Below are positions 54,664-64,000 of a stretch of 64,000 bases of DNA, one piece after another. Each line of letters starts with the position of its first letter. Positions within the stretch are counted from its first letter, which is position 1. A program made the translations under genes and the position numbers. The stretch is from Saprospiraceae bacterium (GTDB taxonomy: Bacteria > Bacteroidota > Bacteroidia > Chitinophagales > Saprospiraceae): NCBI GenBank assembly GCA_049316985.1, contig JBMOJB010000003.1:4093-68092 (forward strand), written 5' to 3'. The notes under the pieces are model-generated. The model had not been told where the DNA came from. It did no database searches and was given only the letters and a program-made list of their open reading frames with translations.

Positions 54664-55061
54664 CACTTTTGTTAATTATTGCATTACCTTTACGGCTATA
54701 ACCTACAATGATTATTCACTTTTTATTTACCTTATAGAGTAATACACGTAAGGCTTAGTGGAATGTTCTTGCATTCTATTAAGCCTATCGTTGTTTCTTG
54801 TATGTGATAAAATGCAGAAAATCTCGGTCAATTAGAATTATTTTGGTGCCATTCAATACATCTACTGAATTATTTTTTAATTGATAATTTATTTATTTCT
54901 CTAGCAAAAACAGAATAGATGAAATTAAACAACCTTGAAACAAATTATCCTGTTCGATTGCCTTGTATTTTTCAAGCTTTTGTATCGTTAAGATAGCAAA
55001 TTCAATGCCCGTTTTGATCTCATCCTTTTTCTTTTTTTAGACAAGAAAATCTTATCGAAAT

Positions 55062-58000
55062 ATGTCAAATAACGCAGCAACACTTTACGCTGAAAAAAAC
55101 AGAGTCAATTTCGGAAAGATTATACTTCCTGAAACACAGCCGGATTTATTGGAAATTCAGCTAAAATCTTTCGAAGAATTTTTTCAGTTGGAAACAACTC
55201 CCGAAAATCGTATTAACGAAGGACTTTTTAAATGTTTTAAGGAAAACTTTCCGATTACTGACGCCAGAAATATCTTCGTTCTAGAGTTTTTGGATTATTT
55301 TATCGATCCACCTCGGTACACCATTGAAGAGTGTATGCATAGGGGATTGACCTACTCTTTGCCACTTAAAGCACGTCTTCGGCTGTCTTGTAATGACGAA
55401 GAACATGTCGACTTTCAAACAATCGAACAAGATGTGTTTTTGGGGAACATCCCTTACATGACACCAAAAGGAACTTTTGTAATTAATGGTGCAGAAAGGG
55501 TTATTGTTTCGCAGTTACATCGTTCACCTGGAGTATTCTTTGGTCAAAGCGTGCATCCCAATGGTTCTAAGATTTACTCGGCTCGTGTAATCCCTTTTAA
55601 AGGAGCGTGGATGGAGTTCGCTACCGACATTAATAATGTCATGTATGCTTACATCGACAGGAAGAAAAAGTTTCCCGTAACTACACTACTAAGAGCAATT
55701 GGTTTTGACACAGATCGAGACATTCTCAATATTTTTGGTTTGTCAGATGAAGTGAAGAATGCTAAGGCTGATTTATTGCCCTATTTGGGTAGAAAATTAG
55801 CCGCTCGAGTTCTCCGTTCTTGGACAGAAGATTTTGTAGATGAAGATACCGGTGAAGTAGTAACCATTGAGAGAAATGAGATTATCCTGGAAAGAGACAT
55901 CGAATTAACAGAAGAAAATCTCGATGAAGTCCTTGCCTCCGGTATGGAAATGATTTCACTTCAAAAAGAAGGAATCGAAGATGACTATTCCATTATTTAC
56001 AATACTTTGCAAAAAGACCCTTCAAGTTCTGAACTTGAAGCAGTACAATATATTTATCGTCAGTTAAGAGGAACAGATCCTCCTGATGATGAAACAGCTC
56101 GTGGTATCATTGAAAAATTGTTTTTCTCTGACAAACGTTACAATCTGGGAGAAGTGGGACGTTACAAGATTAACCGAAAACTTGAGCAAACCACCAGTAT
56201 GGAGACTTTGGTTTTAACCAAAGACGATATCATCCAAATTGTGGTTTATTTGGTGCGTTTGATCAATCAAAAGGCAGAAATTGATGATATTGATCACTTG
56301 TCAAACAGACGTATTCGTACGGTTGGTGAACAGTTGTATGGACAGTTTGGTGTTGGTTTGGCGCGTATGGCCAGAACAATTCGCGAACGCATGAATGTTC
56401 GTGACAACGAAGTATTTACTCCAACTGATTTGATTAATGCCCGTACACTTTCTTCGGTCATTAACTCTTTTTTTGGAACGAGTCAGTTGTCACAGTTTTT
56501 AGATCAGACCAATCCATTGTCGGAAATTACGCACAAACGTCGTATTTCAGCTTTGGGCCCCGGGGGGTTGAGCAGAGAGCGTGCCGGTTTTGAGGTGCGT
56601 GACGTTCACTATTCTCACTATGGTCGTCTGTGTACCATTGAGACTCCGGAAGGTCCGAATATTGGTTTGATTTCTACACTTTGTGTACATGCGAAAATCA
56701 ATAAAATGGGTTTCCTTGAAACACCCTACAGGAAAGTTACGAATGGCAAAGTGGATTTAACGGATCATGGTGTAACTTATTTTTCTGCAGAAGGGGAGGA
56801 TTTGAGTAAAATTGCCCAGGCCAATACGCCTTTGGAAGCTAATGGTGTTTTCGCATCAGATCGTATTAAATCACGTGAAACCGGTGAATTTCCAGTTCTT
56901 ACTCCTGAAGAAGTTGATTTGATGGACGTAGCTCCTAACCAAATTGTAGGTGTTTCGGCTTCGTTGATTCCATTCCTTGAGAATGATGATGCGAATCGTG
57001 CTTTGATGGGTTCGAACATGCAACGTCAGGCTGTTCCACTATTGAGACCACGTGCCCCAATTGTTGCAACTGGAATTGAAGGCAGAGTAGCACGTGACTC
57101 TAGGATGTTGATCAATGCAGAAGGAAATGGTGTGGTCGAATATGTAGATGCAAATCAGATAATCATTCGTTATGATCGCACCGATGAAGATCAGTTGGTT
57201 TCATTTGAAGACAGCAGAAAATCTTATAACTTGACAAAATTCTTGCGTACTAACCAAGGAACTTGTATCAACCTGAAACCTATCGTTAAGAAAGGTGATA
57301 AAGTAATAAAAGGTACTGTTCTTTGCGACGGTTATGCAACTGAAAAAGGTGAATTAGCGCTAGGTCAAAACCTTAAAGTGGCATTCATGCCTTGGAAAGG
57401 TTATAACTTTGAAGATGCAATTGTTTTATCTGAAAGGGTAGTTCAAGAAGACATTTTCACTTCTCTACATATCGAATCATTTGAAATGGATGTTCGCGAC
57501 ACCAAGTTAGGTGAAGAGGAATTGACAAATGATATTCCCAATGTGTCAGAAGAAGCAACCAAAGACCTCGATGAGAATGGAATGATTCGCGTCGGTGCCT
57601 GGGTTAAAGAAGGAGATATTCTTATTGGTAAAATTACGCCAAAAGGGGAATCTGATCCAACACCTGAAGAAAAACTGCTTCGAGCCATCTTTGGAGATAA
57701 AGCAGGTGATGTCAAGGATGCATCCATGAAGGTTCCACCTTCAATGAATGGTGTGGTAATTGATAAACAGCTTTTTGCGAGAGCGAAAAAGGATAAGACT
57801 CAAAAAGATAAGGAAGTTGCCTTATTGGGTAAGCTCGATAGTCAGCATGAAATTGCACTTAATGAATTGCGTACAATTCTTGTTGATAAATTAATCGTAC
57901 TTATCAAAGATAAGATTTCAACCGGAGTCAAGACCATTTATGGTGAAGTGGTAATCAGTAAAGGTACAAAATTTACTGCTCAACTACTAAGAGAAACGGA

Positions 58001-58886
58001 CTACGCTCGTATTGATTACAACAGTTGGACTGACGATGCAAACACCAATGAACTTGTTGCGAGATTGTTGCACAACTATCGTATCAAGGAAAATGAAGAA
58101 ATCGGACGTTACAAACGTGAGAAATTCAACATAAGTATTGGAGATGAATTGCCTGCCGGAGTATTAAAACTTGCCAAAGTGTATCTTGCTAAGAAGCGTA
58201 AGCTAAAAGTAGGAGATAAGCTTGCCGGTCGTCATGGTAACAAGGGAATTGTTTCGCGTATTGAACGTGTTGAAAATATGCCTTTCCTTGATGATGGTAC
58301 TGCCGTTGATATCGTGTTGAATCCGCTTGGTGTTCCTTCTCGTATGAACCTGGGTCAGATTTTTGAAACCGTTCTGGGCTGGGCAGGGGTTAAACTCGGT
58401 TTGACTTTTGCGACACCTATCTTTGATGGAGCCAAAAAAGAAGAGATTGAGCAGTATATCGTTGATGCGGGTCTTCCTCAATATGGCCAAACGTTCTTAT
58501 ATGATGGGGAGACTGGTGAAAGATTCCACCAGCAAGCGACGGTTGGAGTAATCTACATGTTGAAATTAAGTCACATGGTCGATGATAAGATGCATGCGCG
58601 TTCAATCGGACCATACTCTTTGATTACACAACAGCCATTAGGAGGTAAAGCACAGTTTGGAGGTCAGCGTTTTGGTGAAATGGAGGTTTGGGCATTGGAA
58701 GCATTTGGTGCATCCAATATTCTGCAAGAATTGTTAACTATTAAGTCAGATGATATCATCGGACGTGCAAAAGCTTATGAAGCAATTGTCAAAGGAGATA
58801 ATTTGCCAGAACCAAATATTCCTGAATCTTTCAACGTATTGGTCCACGAATTGCGCGGACTTGCTTTGGATGTGAAGTTTGATTAA
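55062..58886 (+). CDS. rpoB: DNA-directed RNA polymerase subunit beta
   Basis: 1274-aa ORF: [68 protein letters not shown]. Confidence 0.98.
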   Translation: MSNNAATLYAEKNRVNFGKIILPETQPDLLEIQLKSFEEFFQLETTPENRINEGLFKCFKENFPITDARNIFVLEFLDYFIDPPRYTIEECMHRGLTYSLPLKARLRLSCNDEEHVDFQTIEQDVFLGNIPYMTPKGTFVINGAERVIVSQLHRSPGVFFGQSVHPNGSKIYSARVIPFKGAWMEFATDINNVMYAYIDRKKKFPVTTLLRAIGFDTDRDILNIFGLSDEVKNAKADLLPYLGRKLAARVLRSWTEDFVDEDTGEVVTIERNEIILERDIELTEENLDEVLASGMEMISLQKEGIEDDYSIIYNTLQKDPSSSELEAVQYIYRQLRGTDPPDDETARGIIEKLFFSDKRYNLGEVGRYKINRKLEQTTSMETLVLTKDDIIQIVVYLVRLINQKAEIDDIDHLSNRRIRTVGEQLYGQFGVGLARMARTIRERMNVRDNEVFTPTDLINARTLSSVINSFFGTSQLSQFLDQTNPLSEITHKRRISALGPGGLSRERAGFEVRDVHYSHYGRLCTIETPEGPNIGLISTLCVHAKINKMGFLETPYRKVTNGKVDLTDHGVTYFSAEGEDLSKIAQANTPLEANGVFASDRIKSRETGEFPVLTPEEVDLMDVAPNQIVGVSASLIPFLENDDANRALMGSNMQRQAVPLLRPRAPIVATGIEGRVARDSRMLINAEGNGVVEYVDANQIIIRYDRTDEDQLVSFEDSRKSYNLTKFLRTNQGTCINLKPIVKKGDKVIKGTVLCDGYATEKGELALGQNLKVAFMPWKGYNFEDAIVLSERVVQEDIFTSLHIESFEMDVRDTKLGEEELTNDIPNVSEEATKDLDENGMIRVGAWVKEGDILIGKITPKGESDPTPEEKLLRAIFGDKAGDVKDASMKVPPSMNGVVIDKQLFARAKKDKTQKDKEVALLGKLDSQHEIALNELRTILVDKLIVLIKDKISTGVKTIYGEVVISKGTKFTAQLLRETDYARIDYNSWTDDANTNELVARLLHNYRIKENEEIGRYKREKFNISIGDELPAGVLKLAKVYLAKKRKLKVGDKLAGRHGNKGIVSRIERVENMPFLDDGTAVDIVLNPLGVPSRMNLGQIFETVLGWAGVKLGLTFATPIFDGAKKEEIEQYIVDAGLPQYGQTFLYDGETGERFHQQATVGVIYMLKLSHMVDDKMHARSIGPYSLITQQPLGGKAQFGGQRFGEMEVWALEAFGASNILQELLTIKSDDIIGRAKAYEAIVKGDNLPEPNIPESFNVLVHELRGLALDVKFD

Positions 58887-58963
58887 TTTAAATTATAGTT
58901 TTAAGCAACCGACATTGTAGTTTCCAACTATAAGCTCGGTTGCTTAATCTAAAATAAGAAAAT

Positions 58964-61900
58964 ATGTCTTTAAAGAAGAAAATTAATAATCCGGCGGCAG
59001 CTAGCTTTGAAAGTATTACGATAAGCTTAGCATCGCCTGACTCTATTTTAGAGCGTAGCTATGGCGAAGTACTTAAGCCGGAGACGATCAATTATCGTTC
59101 GTATAAACCAGAACGGGACGGTTTGTTCTGCGAGCGGATCTTCGGACCGGTAAAGGATTACGAATGCTACTGTGGTAAATACAAACGTATCCGCTACAAA
59201 GGTATCGTGTGTGATCGATGTGGTGTTGAAGTTACCGAAAAGAAAGTTCGTCGCGAGCGCATGGGTCATATTAAATTGGTTGTGCCGGTCGTTCATATTT
59301 GGTTCTTCAAATCACTGCCGAACAAGATAGGATATCTTTTGGGAATGTCTTCCAAAAAGCTTGAAACAATCGTTTATTATGAGCGATATGTTGTCGTGCA
59401 AGCGGGAGTATTAGGAGATAAGTTATCTGCTTATGATACCCTAACGGAAGAAGAATATATCGATATCATAGAAGCGCTACCCAAAGAAAATCAGGCGTTG
59501 GATGATATGGATCCGAACAAATTTATCGCCCGTATGGGTGCTGAGGCAGTTCGGGATTTACTGATGCGTTTGAAATTAGATGACCTTTCGTATGAACTGA
59601 GAAATCAGGCTGCTAATGAAACTTCTCAGCAACGGAAATCTGAAGCATTGAAGCGCCTTCGTGTTGTGGAAGCATTCCGTGATGCCCAAACACGGATGGA
59701 AAATAAGCCTGAATGGATGATCATTCAGTACTTACCGGTCATTCCACCAGAGTTGAGACCATTGGTTCCTTTAGATGGAGGTCGTTTTGCGAGTTCTGAC
59801 TTAAATGATTTGTACCGCAGAGTTATTATTCGTAACAACCGTTTGAAGCGTTTGTTAGAAATTAAGGCGCCAGAAGTAATCCTTCGTAATGAAAAGCGTA
59901 TGCTTCAAGAGTCGGTCGACAGTTTGTTCGACAACTCAAGAAAGTCAAATGCAGTAAAAGCTGAAGGTGGTCGCGCTTTAAAATCCTTGAGTGATATTCT
60001 TAAAGGAAAGCAAGGACGTTTCCGTCAGAACCTTTTGGGTAAACGAGTAGATTATTCCGGTCGTTCGGTTATTGTGGTTGGTCCGTCATTGAAATTGCAC
60101 GAGTGCGGAATTCCGAAAGCAATGGCTGCCGAATTATTTAAGCCATTCGTTATCAGAAAGCTTATTGAAAGAGGAATTGTCAAAACGGTAAAGTCAGCCA
60201 AGAAATTAGTTGACAAGAAAGATCCGGTAATTTGGGAGATTCTCGAAAATATTTTGAAAGGGCACCCGGTTATGCTTAATCGTGCTCCAACATTGCACCG
60301 GCTTTCCATACAGGCTTTTCAACCTCGTTTGATTGAAGGGAAAGCTATTCAATTGCATCCATTAGTTTGTGGAGCATTTAATGCGGATTTTGATGGTGAC
60401 CAAATGGCGGTACACGTACCCCTGAGTCAGGCGGCTATCCTTGAAGCGCAGGTTTTAATGCTTTCGGCTCACAATATGCTAAATCCTCAGGATGGATCTC
60501 CGATCACAGTTCCGTCTCAGGACATGGTTTTGGGATTGTATTACATTACTAAAGAACGTCGTTCTGAAGGCGAAATAAAAGTGAAAGGTGAAGGACGCAA
60601 GTTCTACGCTGCCGAAGAAGTGGTCATAGCCCTTAACGAAAGGCAATTGGACATCCATGCAGCTATTCAGGTTAAAGTTCATAATGCAGAGGATGAAAAT
60701 GGACATTTGGTTACTAAATTAATTGAAACGACGCCTGGTCGTATCTTGTTTAATCAAGCGGTACCGAAGGGTGTTCCGTACATCAATCAATTGTTGACCA
60801 AGAAAAACCTGAAGGCGATCATCGGTGATATTATCCGCCGTACAAGTTTTGCGGTAACTGCTGACTTTTTGGATAATATTAAAGAGCTTGGATATAACTG
60901 GTCGTTTAAAGGTGGCCTGTCGTTTAACCTCGGTGATTTGATTGAGCCTTCTATCCGGAAGAAAACATTGATATCAGCTCAGGAAGAAGTTGACGAAATC
61001 TGGGAAAGCTACAACATGGGTTTAATAACCAATAATGAGCGTTACAACCAGATTATTGACAAATGGAGTTTTGCAGATAATCGTATTACAGACACATTGA
61101 TGCGTGAGTTGGCCAAGCATAAGCAAGGATTCAATTCCGTATTTATGATGCTTGACTCCGGAGCACGTGGATCTAAACAGCAGATCAAACAACTTTGTGG
61201 ATTGCGTGGATTGATGGCCAAACCTAAAAAATCAGGCGACTCGGGTCCAGCGATCATTGAAAACCCAATCCTTTCGAATTTCTCCGAAGGTCTATCGGTA
61301 TTGGAGTTTTTTATCTCGACGCACGGTGCCCGTAAGGGACTTGCGGATACGGCCCTGAAAACTGCAGATGCAGGTTATTTGACACGTCGTTTGGTGGATG
61401 TTGCACAGGATGTAGTCATTGTTGATGAGGATTGCAACACGCTTCGTGGAAATGAAACCTATGCACTGAAGGACGGAGATAAAATTATTGAAAAATTAAG
61501 TACTCGGATAGTTGGACGTTTTTCATTGTACGATATCTACAATCCTGAAAAAGATTCAGAATTAATCGTAGGTGCTGGTGAATATATTGACGAAAAAGCA
61601 GCCAATCGAATTGAAACTTTGGGGATTGAAGCCGTAACGATTCGATCAGTGTTGACTTGCGAGACTCCTCGTGGAGTTTGTACCAAATGCTACGGAAAGA
61701 ATCTTGCTTCTGGTAGAATTACCGAAATGGGAGATGCCGTTGGTATTATTGCAGCGCAATCTATTGGTGAACCGGGTACGCAGCTTACACTTCGGACTTT
61801 CCATACAGGGGGTACTGCAGTAACTACGAACCAGGAAAATAGTATGAAAACTAATTTTGCCGGTATCATCGAGTTCGATGGCGTTCGTGTTGTTCAATCT

Positions 61901-63328
61901 ATAGATGATTCCGGAGAAAATATTGAAGTCGTATTATCGAGGACAGGAGAAATCAAAATACTTGAAACTAAGTCAAGGAAAGTGTTATCCACTTCGCACA
62001 TGCCATATGGTGCAAATATTTTGGTAAAGGATGGTCAGGAAGTCGCTAAAGGTGATGTTATTTGTACCTGGGATCCGTACAATGCGGTGATTATTAGTGA
62101 ATTCCCTGGTAAGGCAGAGTTTCAGGACGTTGAAGAAGGGGTTACTTTCCGTATTGAACGTGATGACCAAACGGGTACAACTGAAAAGGTTATTATCGAA
62201 TCTAAAAACAAGCGGAAAGCTCCGGTAATCAACATCATGGATAAAAGTGGGGAAGCGCAGAGATCTTACACGCTTCCAGTTGGAGCTTATATTTCCATCG
62301 AAGATGGGGAGAAAGTACAAGCAGGACAGAAGATTGTAAAGATTCCACGTAAACTTGGAAAAATTCAGGATATCACGGGTGGTTTGCCACGTGTTACAGA
62401 ATTATTTGAAGCGCGAAGCCCTAGTAATCCTGCAATTGTAGCGGAAATCGATGGTGTAGTAACCTTTGGTTCAATCAAAAGAGGTAATCGGGAAGCAATG
62501 ATTACTGCACGTGACCGAACTACAGTTACCAAATACTTGGTGCCTTTGAATAGGCAGTTGTTGGTCCAAGATGGTGACTTTGTGCGTGCCGGAACACCTT
62601 TGACTGATGGAACTATTGCGGCCTTGGATATCCTTAATATTAAGGGACCATTTGCTGTTCAGTCTCATCTTGTAAACGGCGTTCAAGAAGTTTATCGTTC
62701 GCAAGGTATTGCTATTAATGACAAACATATCGAAGTTATTGTTAGACAGATGATGCGTCGTTTAGAGATTCTGGATCCGGGAGACACACATTTCCTTCAG
62801 GGAGAGGCTGTCGAAAGATACGAATTTCAACAGCAAAATGACTGGATTTTTGACAAGAAATTCATAACTGATTCGGGTGATTCTAATCGCTTGAAACCGG
62901 GACAACTAGTGACTTTGCGCCAGGTAAGAGAGGAAAATTCTTTCCTGAAGCGCAACGACAAGAAGCTGGTAACATACCGTGATGCAATTTCGGCCACTTC
63001 ACAGCCAATGTTGCAAGGTATAACGAGATCTTCACTGGGTACAGAAAGTTGGATTTCGGCCGCATCATTCCAGGAAACGACGAAAGTACTAAGTACAGCT
63101 GCTATTAATGCCACAAAGGATAACTTGAATGGACTGAAAGAGAATGTAATTATAGGAAAAAGAATTCCAGCGGGAACCGGTATGCGTAAGTATCAAAAAC
63201 TTTTTGTTTCTATGAGCGAAGCTGGTACAGAGGATTTTGTAGCTTCTGATGATTATATTGCTGATGTTCAAGAAGTAGTGTATGGTGATGATATTGACAG
63301 CACAGCTTTCGGAATTGAAAATATCTGA
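58964..63328 (+). CDS. rpoC: DNA-directed RNA polymerase subunit beta'
   Basis: 1454-aa ORF with the zinc motif [39 protein letters not shown], and the catalytic block [12 protein letters not shown]. Confidence 0.98.
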   Translation: MSLKKKINNPAAASFESITISLASPDSILERSYGEVLKPETINYRSYKPERDGLFCERIFGPVKDYECYCGKYKRIRYKGIVCDRCGVEVTEKKVRRERMGHIKLVVPVVHIWFFKSLPNKIGYLLGMSSKKLETIVYYERYVVVQAGVLGDKLSAYDTLTEEEYIDIIEALPKENQALDDMDPNKFIARMGAEAVRDLLMRLKLDDLSYELRNQAANETSQQRKSEALKRLRVVEAFRDAQTRMENKPEWMIIQYLPVIPPELRPLVPLDGGRFASSDLNDLYRRVIIRNNRLKRLLEIKAPEVILRNEKRMLQESVDSLFDNSRKSNAVKAEGGRALKSLSDILKGKQGRFRQNLLGKRVDYSGRSVIVVGPSLKLHECGIPKAMAAELFKPFVIRKLIERGIVKTVKSAKKLVDKKDPVIWEILENILKGHPVMLNRAPTLHRLSIQAFQPRLIEGKAIQLHPLVCGAFNADFDGDQMAVHVPLSQAAILEAQVLMLSAHNMLNPQDGSPITVPSQDMVLGLYYITKERRSEGEIKVKGEGRKFYAAEEVVIALNERQLDIHAAIQVKVHNAEDENGHLVTKLIETTPGRILFNQAVPKGVPYINQLLTKKNLKAIIGDIIRRTSFAVTADFLDNIKELGYNWSFKGGLSFNLGDLIEPSIRKKTLISAQEEVDEIWESYNMGLITNNERYNQIIDKWSFADNRITDTLMRELAKHKQGFNSVFMMLDSGARGSKQQIKQLCGLRGLMAKPKKSGDSGPAIIENPILSNFSEGLSVLEFFISTHGARKGLADTALKTADAGYLTRRLVDVAQDVVIVDEDCNTLRGNETYALKDGDKIIEKLSTRIVGRFSLYDIYNPEKDSELIVGAGEYIDEKAANRIETLGIEAVTIRSVLTCETPRGVCTKCYGKNLASGRITEMGDAVGIIAAQSIGEPGTQLTLRTFHTGGTAVTTNQENSMKTNFAGIIEFDGVRVVQSIDDSGENIEVVLSRTGEIKILETKSRKVLSTSHMPYGANILVKDGQEVAKGDVICTWDPYNAVIISEFPGKAEFQDVEEGVTFRIERDDQTGTTEKVIIESKNKRKAPVINIMDKSGEAQRSYTLPVGAYISIEDGEKVQAGQKIVKIPRKLGKIQDITGGLPRVTELFEARSPSNPAIVAEIDGVVTFGSIKRGNREAMITARDRTTVTKYLVPLNRQLLVQDGDFVRAGTPLTDGTIAALDILNIKGPFAVQSHLVNGVQEVYRSQGIAINDKHIEVIVRQMMRRLEILDPGDTHFLQGEAVERYEFQQQNDWIFDKKFITDSGDSNRLKPGQLVTLRQVREENSFLKRNDKKLVTYRDAISATSQPMLQGITRSSLGTESWISAASFQETTKVLSTAAINATKDNLNGLKENVIIGKRIPAGTGMRKYQKLFVSMSEAGTEDFVASDDYIADVQEVVYGDDIDSTAFGIENI

Positions 63329-63353
63329 CAGATCAATTAAGTGAAAAATAAAA

Positions 63354-63386
63354 GCCGCATCTTTTCAAAAAGGTGCGGCATTTTTA
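63354..63386 (+). terminator. Intrinsic terminator 1 of rpoC
   Basis: Stem gccgca (63354-63359) / tgcggc (63374-63379) followed by a T-run. Confidence 0.65.
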
Positions 63387-63389
63387 TTT

Positions 63390-63428
63390 CGGGAATATCG
63401 GGGGGACGAATAATTATTCCCGTTTTTT
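63390..63428 (+). terminator. Intrinsic terminator 2 (tandem backup)
   Basis: Stem cgggaata (63390-63397) / tattcccg (63414-63421) followed by T7. Confidence 0.55.
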
Positions 63429-63765
63429 TCGTAAAGTTAAGACAAAAGTCTTTTCATTGTTTTGGATATGTTCATGTTAATATATGGGATGAAAAGCCGT
63501 TTAAAATCGGATTATATTTTAATATATTATTGAAATATTTGTTAATAACTTAATATCAGATGCAAATATATATTTATATAATTATATTAACAAATATTTA
63601 ATATAAAATTTAACATTTTATTTTAATTTTCTGGGCACTTTTCTGTCGATCTCAGCGTTTCTTATTATAACTGATAGAAATACACAAGTTATTAACTAGT
63701 AATGTGGTTCATCCGTATCCTGAAAGCCAAAAGAATTATGTTCATGGGATTATATTTTGTTGGGA

Positions 63766-63796
63766 AGTCGCTACAAAAGTGTAGCGACTTTTTTTT
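63766..63796 (+). terminator. Orphan intrinsic terminator with no annotated upstream gene
   Basis: 9-bp stem agtcgctac / gtagcgact, 6-nt loop, followed by T8. Confidence 0.6.
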
Positions 63797-63810
63797 GTGT
63801 AGATTTTAAT

Positions 63811-63818
63811 GTAATTTT
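63811..63818 (+). promoter_or_regulatory. -7 box TAATTTTG for pcm
   Basis: Exact TAnnTTTG 18 nt upstream of ATG 63836. Confidence 0.45.
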
Positions 63819-63835
63819 GCATTAAATCTATTGAA

Positions 63836-64000
63836 AATGGAAGATAGTTATCGGCATAAGGGTATGCGTCGCAAGCTGGTGCAGCTACTTAAAGATAAAG
63901 GAATAACCAATGAAGCGGTGCTAAATGCGGTTAGAGAACTTCCAAGGCATTTCTTTTTGGATAAAGCATTTGAAGAATGGGCCTACGAAGACAAGGCGTT
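63836..64000 (+). CDS. pcm: Protein-L-isoaspartate O-methyltransferase, N-terminal fragment (cut by the window edge)
   Basis: My own translation gives MEDSYRHKGMRRKLVQLLKDKGITNEAVLNAVRELPRHFFLDKAFEEWAYEDKA. The HKGxR...VPRHxF pattern is typical of Bacteroidota Pcm. Confidence 0.7.

Noticed and set aside
54226-54666. 146-aa ORF antisense to rplL
   Set aside because: It exactly mirrors the rplL CDS. Its Ala/Ser-rich translation is the reverse-complement artefact of the GCT/GCA-rich L7/L12 hinge, and rplL itself is unambiguous.
63341-63553. 70-aa GTG-initiated ORF right after rpoC
   Set aside because: It is translated straight through two intrinsic terminators and AT-rich low-complexity DNA, and it has no promoter.

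Overview
This is a chromosomal segment of Bacteroidota type. Four lines of evidence support that: several proteins end in T9SS type-A C-terminal sorting domains; a SusC/SusD pair and a PorX-like regulator are present; exact TAnnTTTG -7 promoter boxes sit in front of many genes; and no Shine-Dalgarno sequences are visible. I cannot place it below phylum level from sequence alone.

The window is mostly housekeeping. The 3' third (49.2-63.3 kb) is the classical block tRNA-Thr/Tyr/Gly/Thr-tuf-tRNA-Trp-secE-nusG-rplK-rplA-rplJ-rplL-rpoB-rpoC. Other core genes are glpD (partial), rpoD, an arginine decarboxylase-like gene, purN, feoAB, an RluA-family gene, dnaG, gap, murD and pcm (partial).

The 5' half is rich in secreted or outer-membrane proteins:
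- three T9SS cargo proteins, including a metzincin and an M1 aminopeptidase;
- a 1321-aa M36 fungalysin-like protease with a native His8 tract and a dockerin-like tail;
- a SusC/SusD pair, beta-barrel OMPs, and an M28-PDZ peptidase.

I found no CRISPR array, transposase, integrase, rRNA or recognisable defence system, and I cannot point to an unambiguous novel system. The best candidates for something undescribed are:
1. a translationally coupled GH3-like adenylating enzyme / FNR-like reductase / saccharopine-dehydrogenase-like operon (43.2-46.7 kb);
2. a SusCD + M1 + M36 candidate peptide-utilisation locus with no CAZymes (17.3-27.8 kb);
3. two intergenic tandem-repeat arrays that run up to the dnaG start codon (34.70-34.98 kb);
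4. an orphan intrinsic terminator in a 500-bp AT-rich spacer after rpoC;
5. a four-gene cluster of unknown function (10.6-13.5 kb).

All family assignments come from motifs I read in the translations, not from searches.
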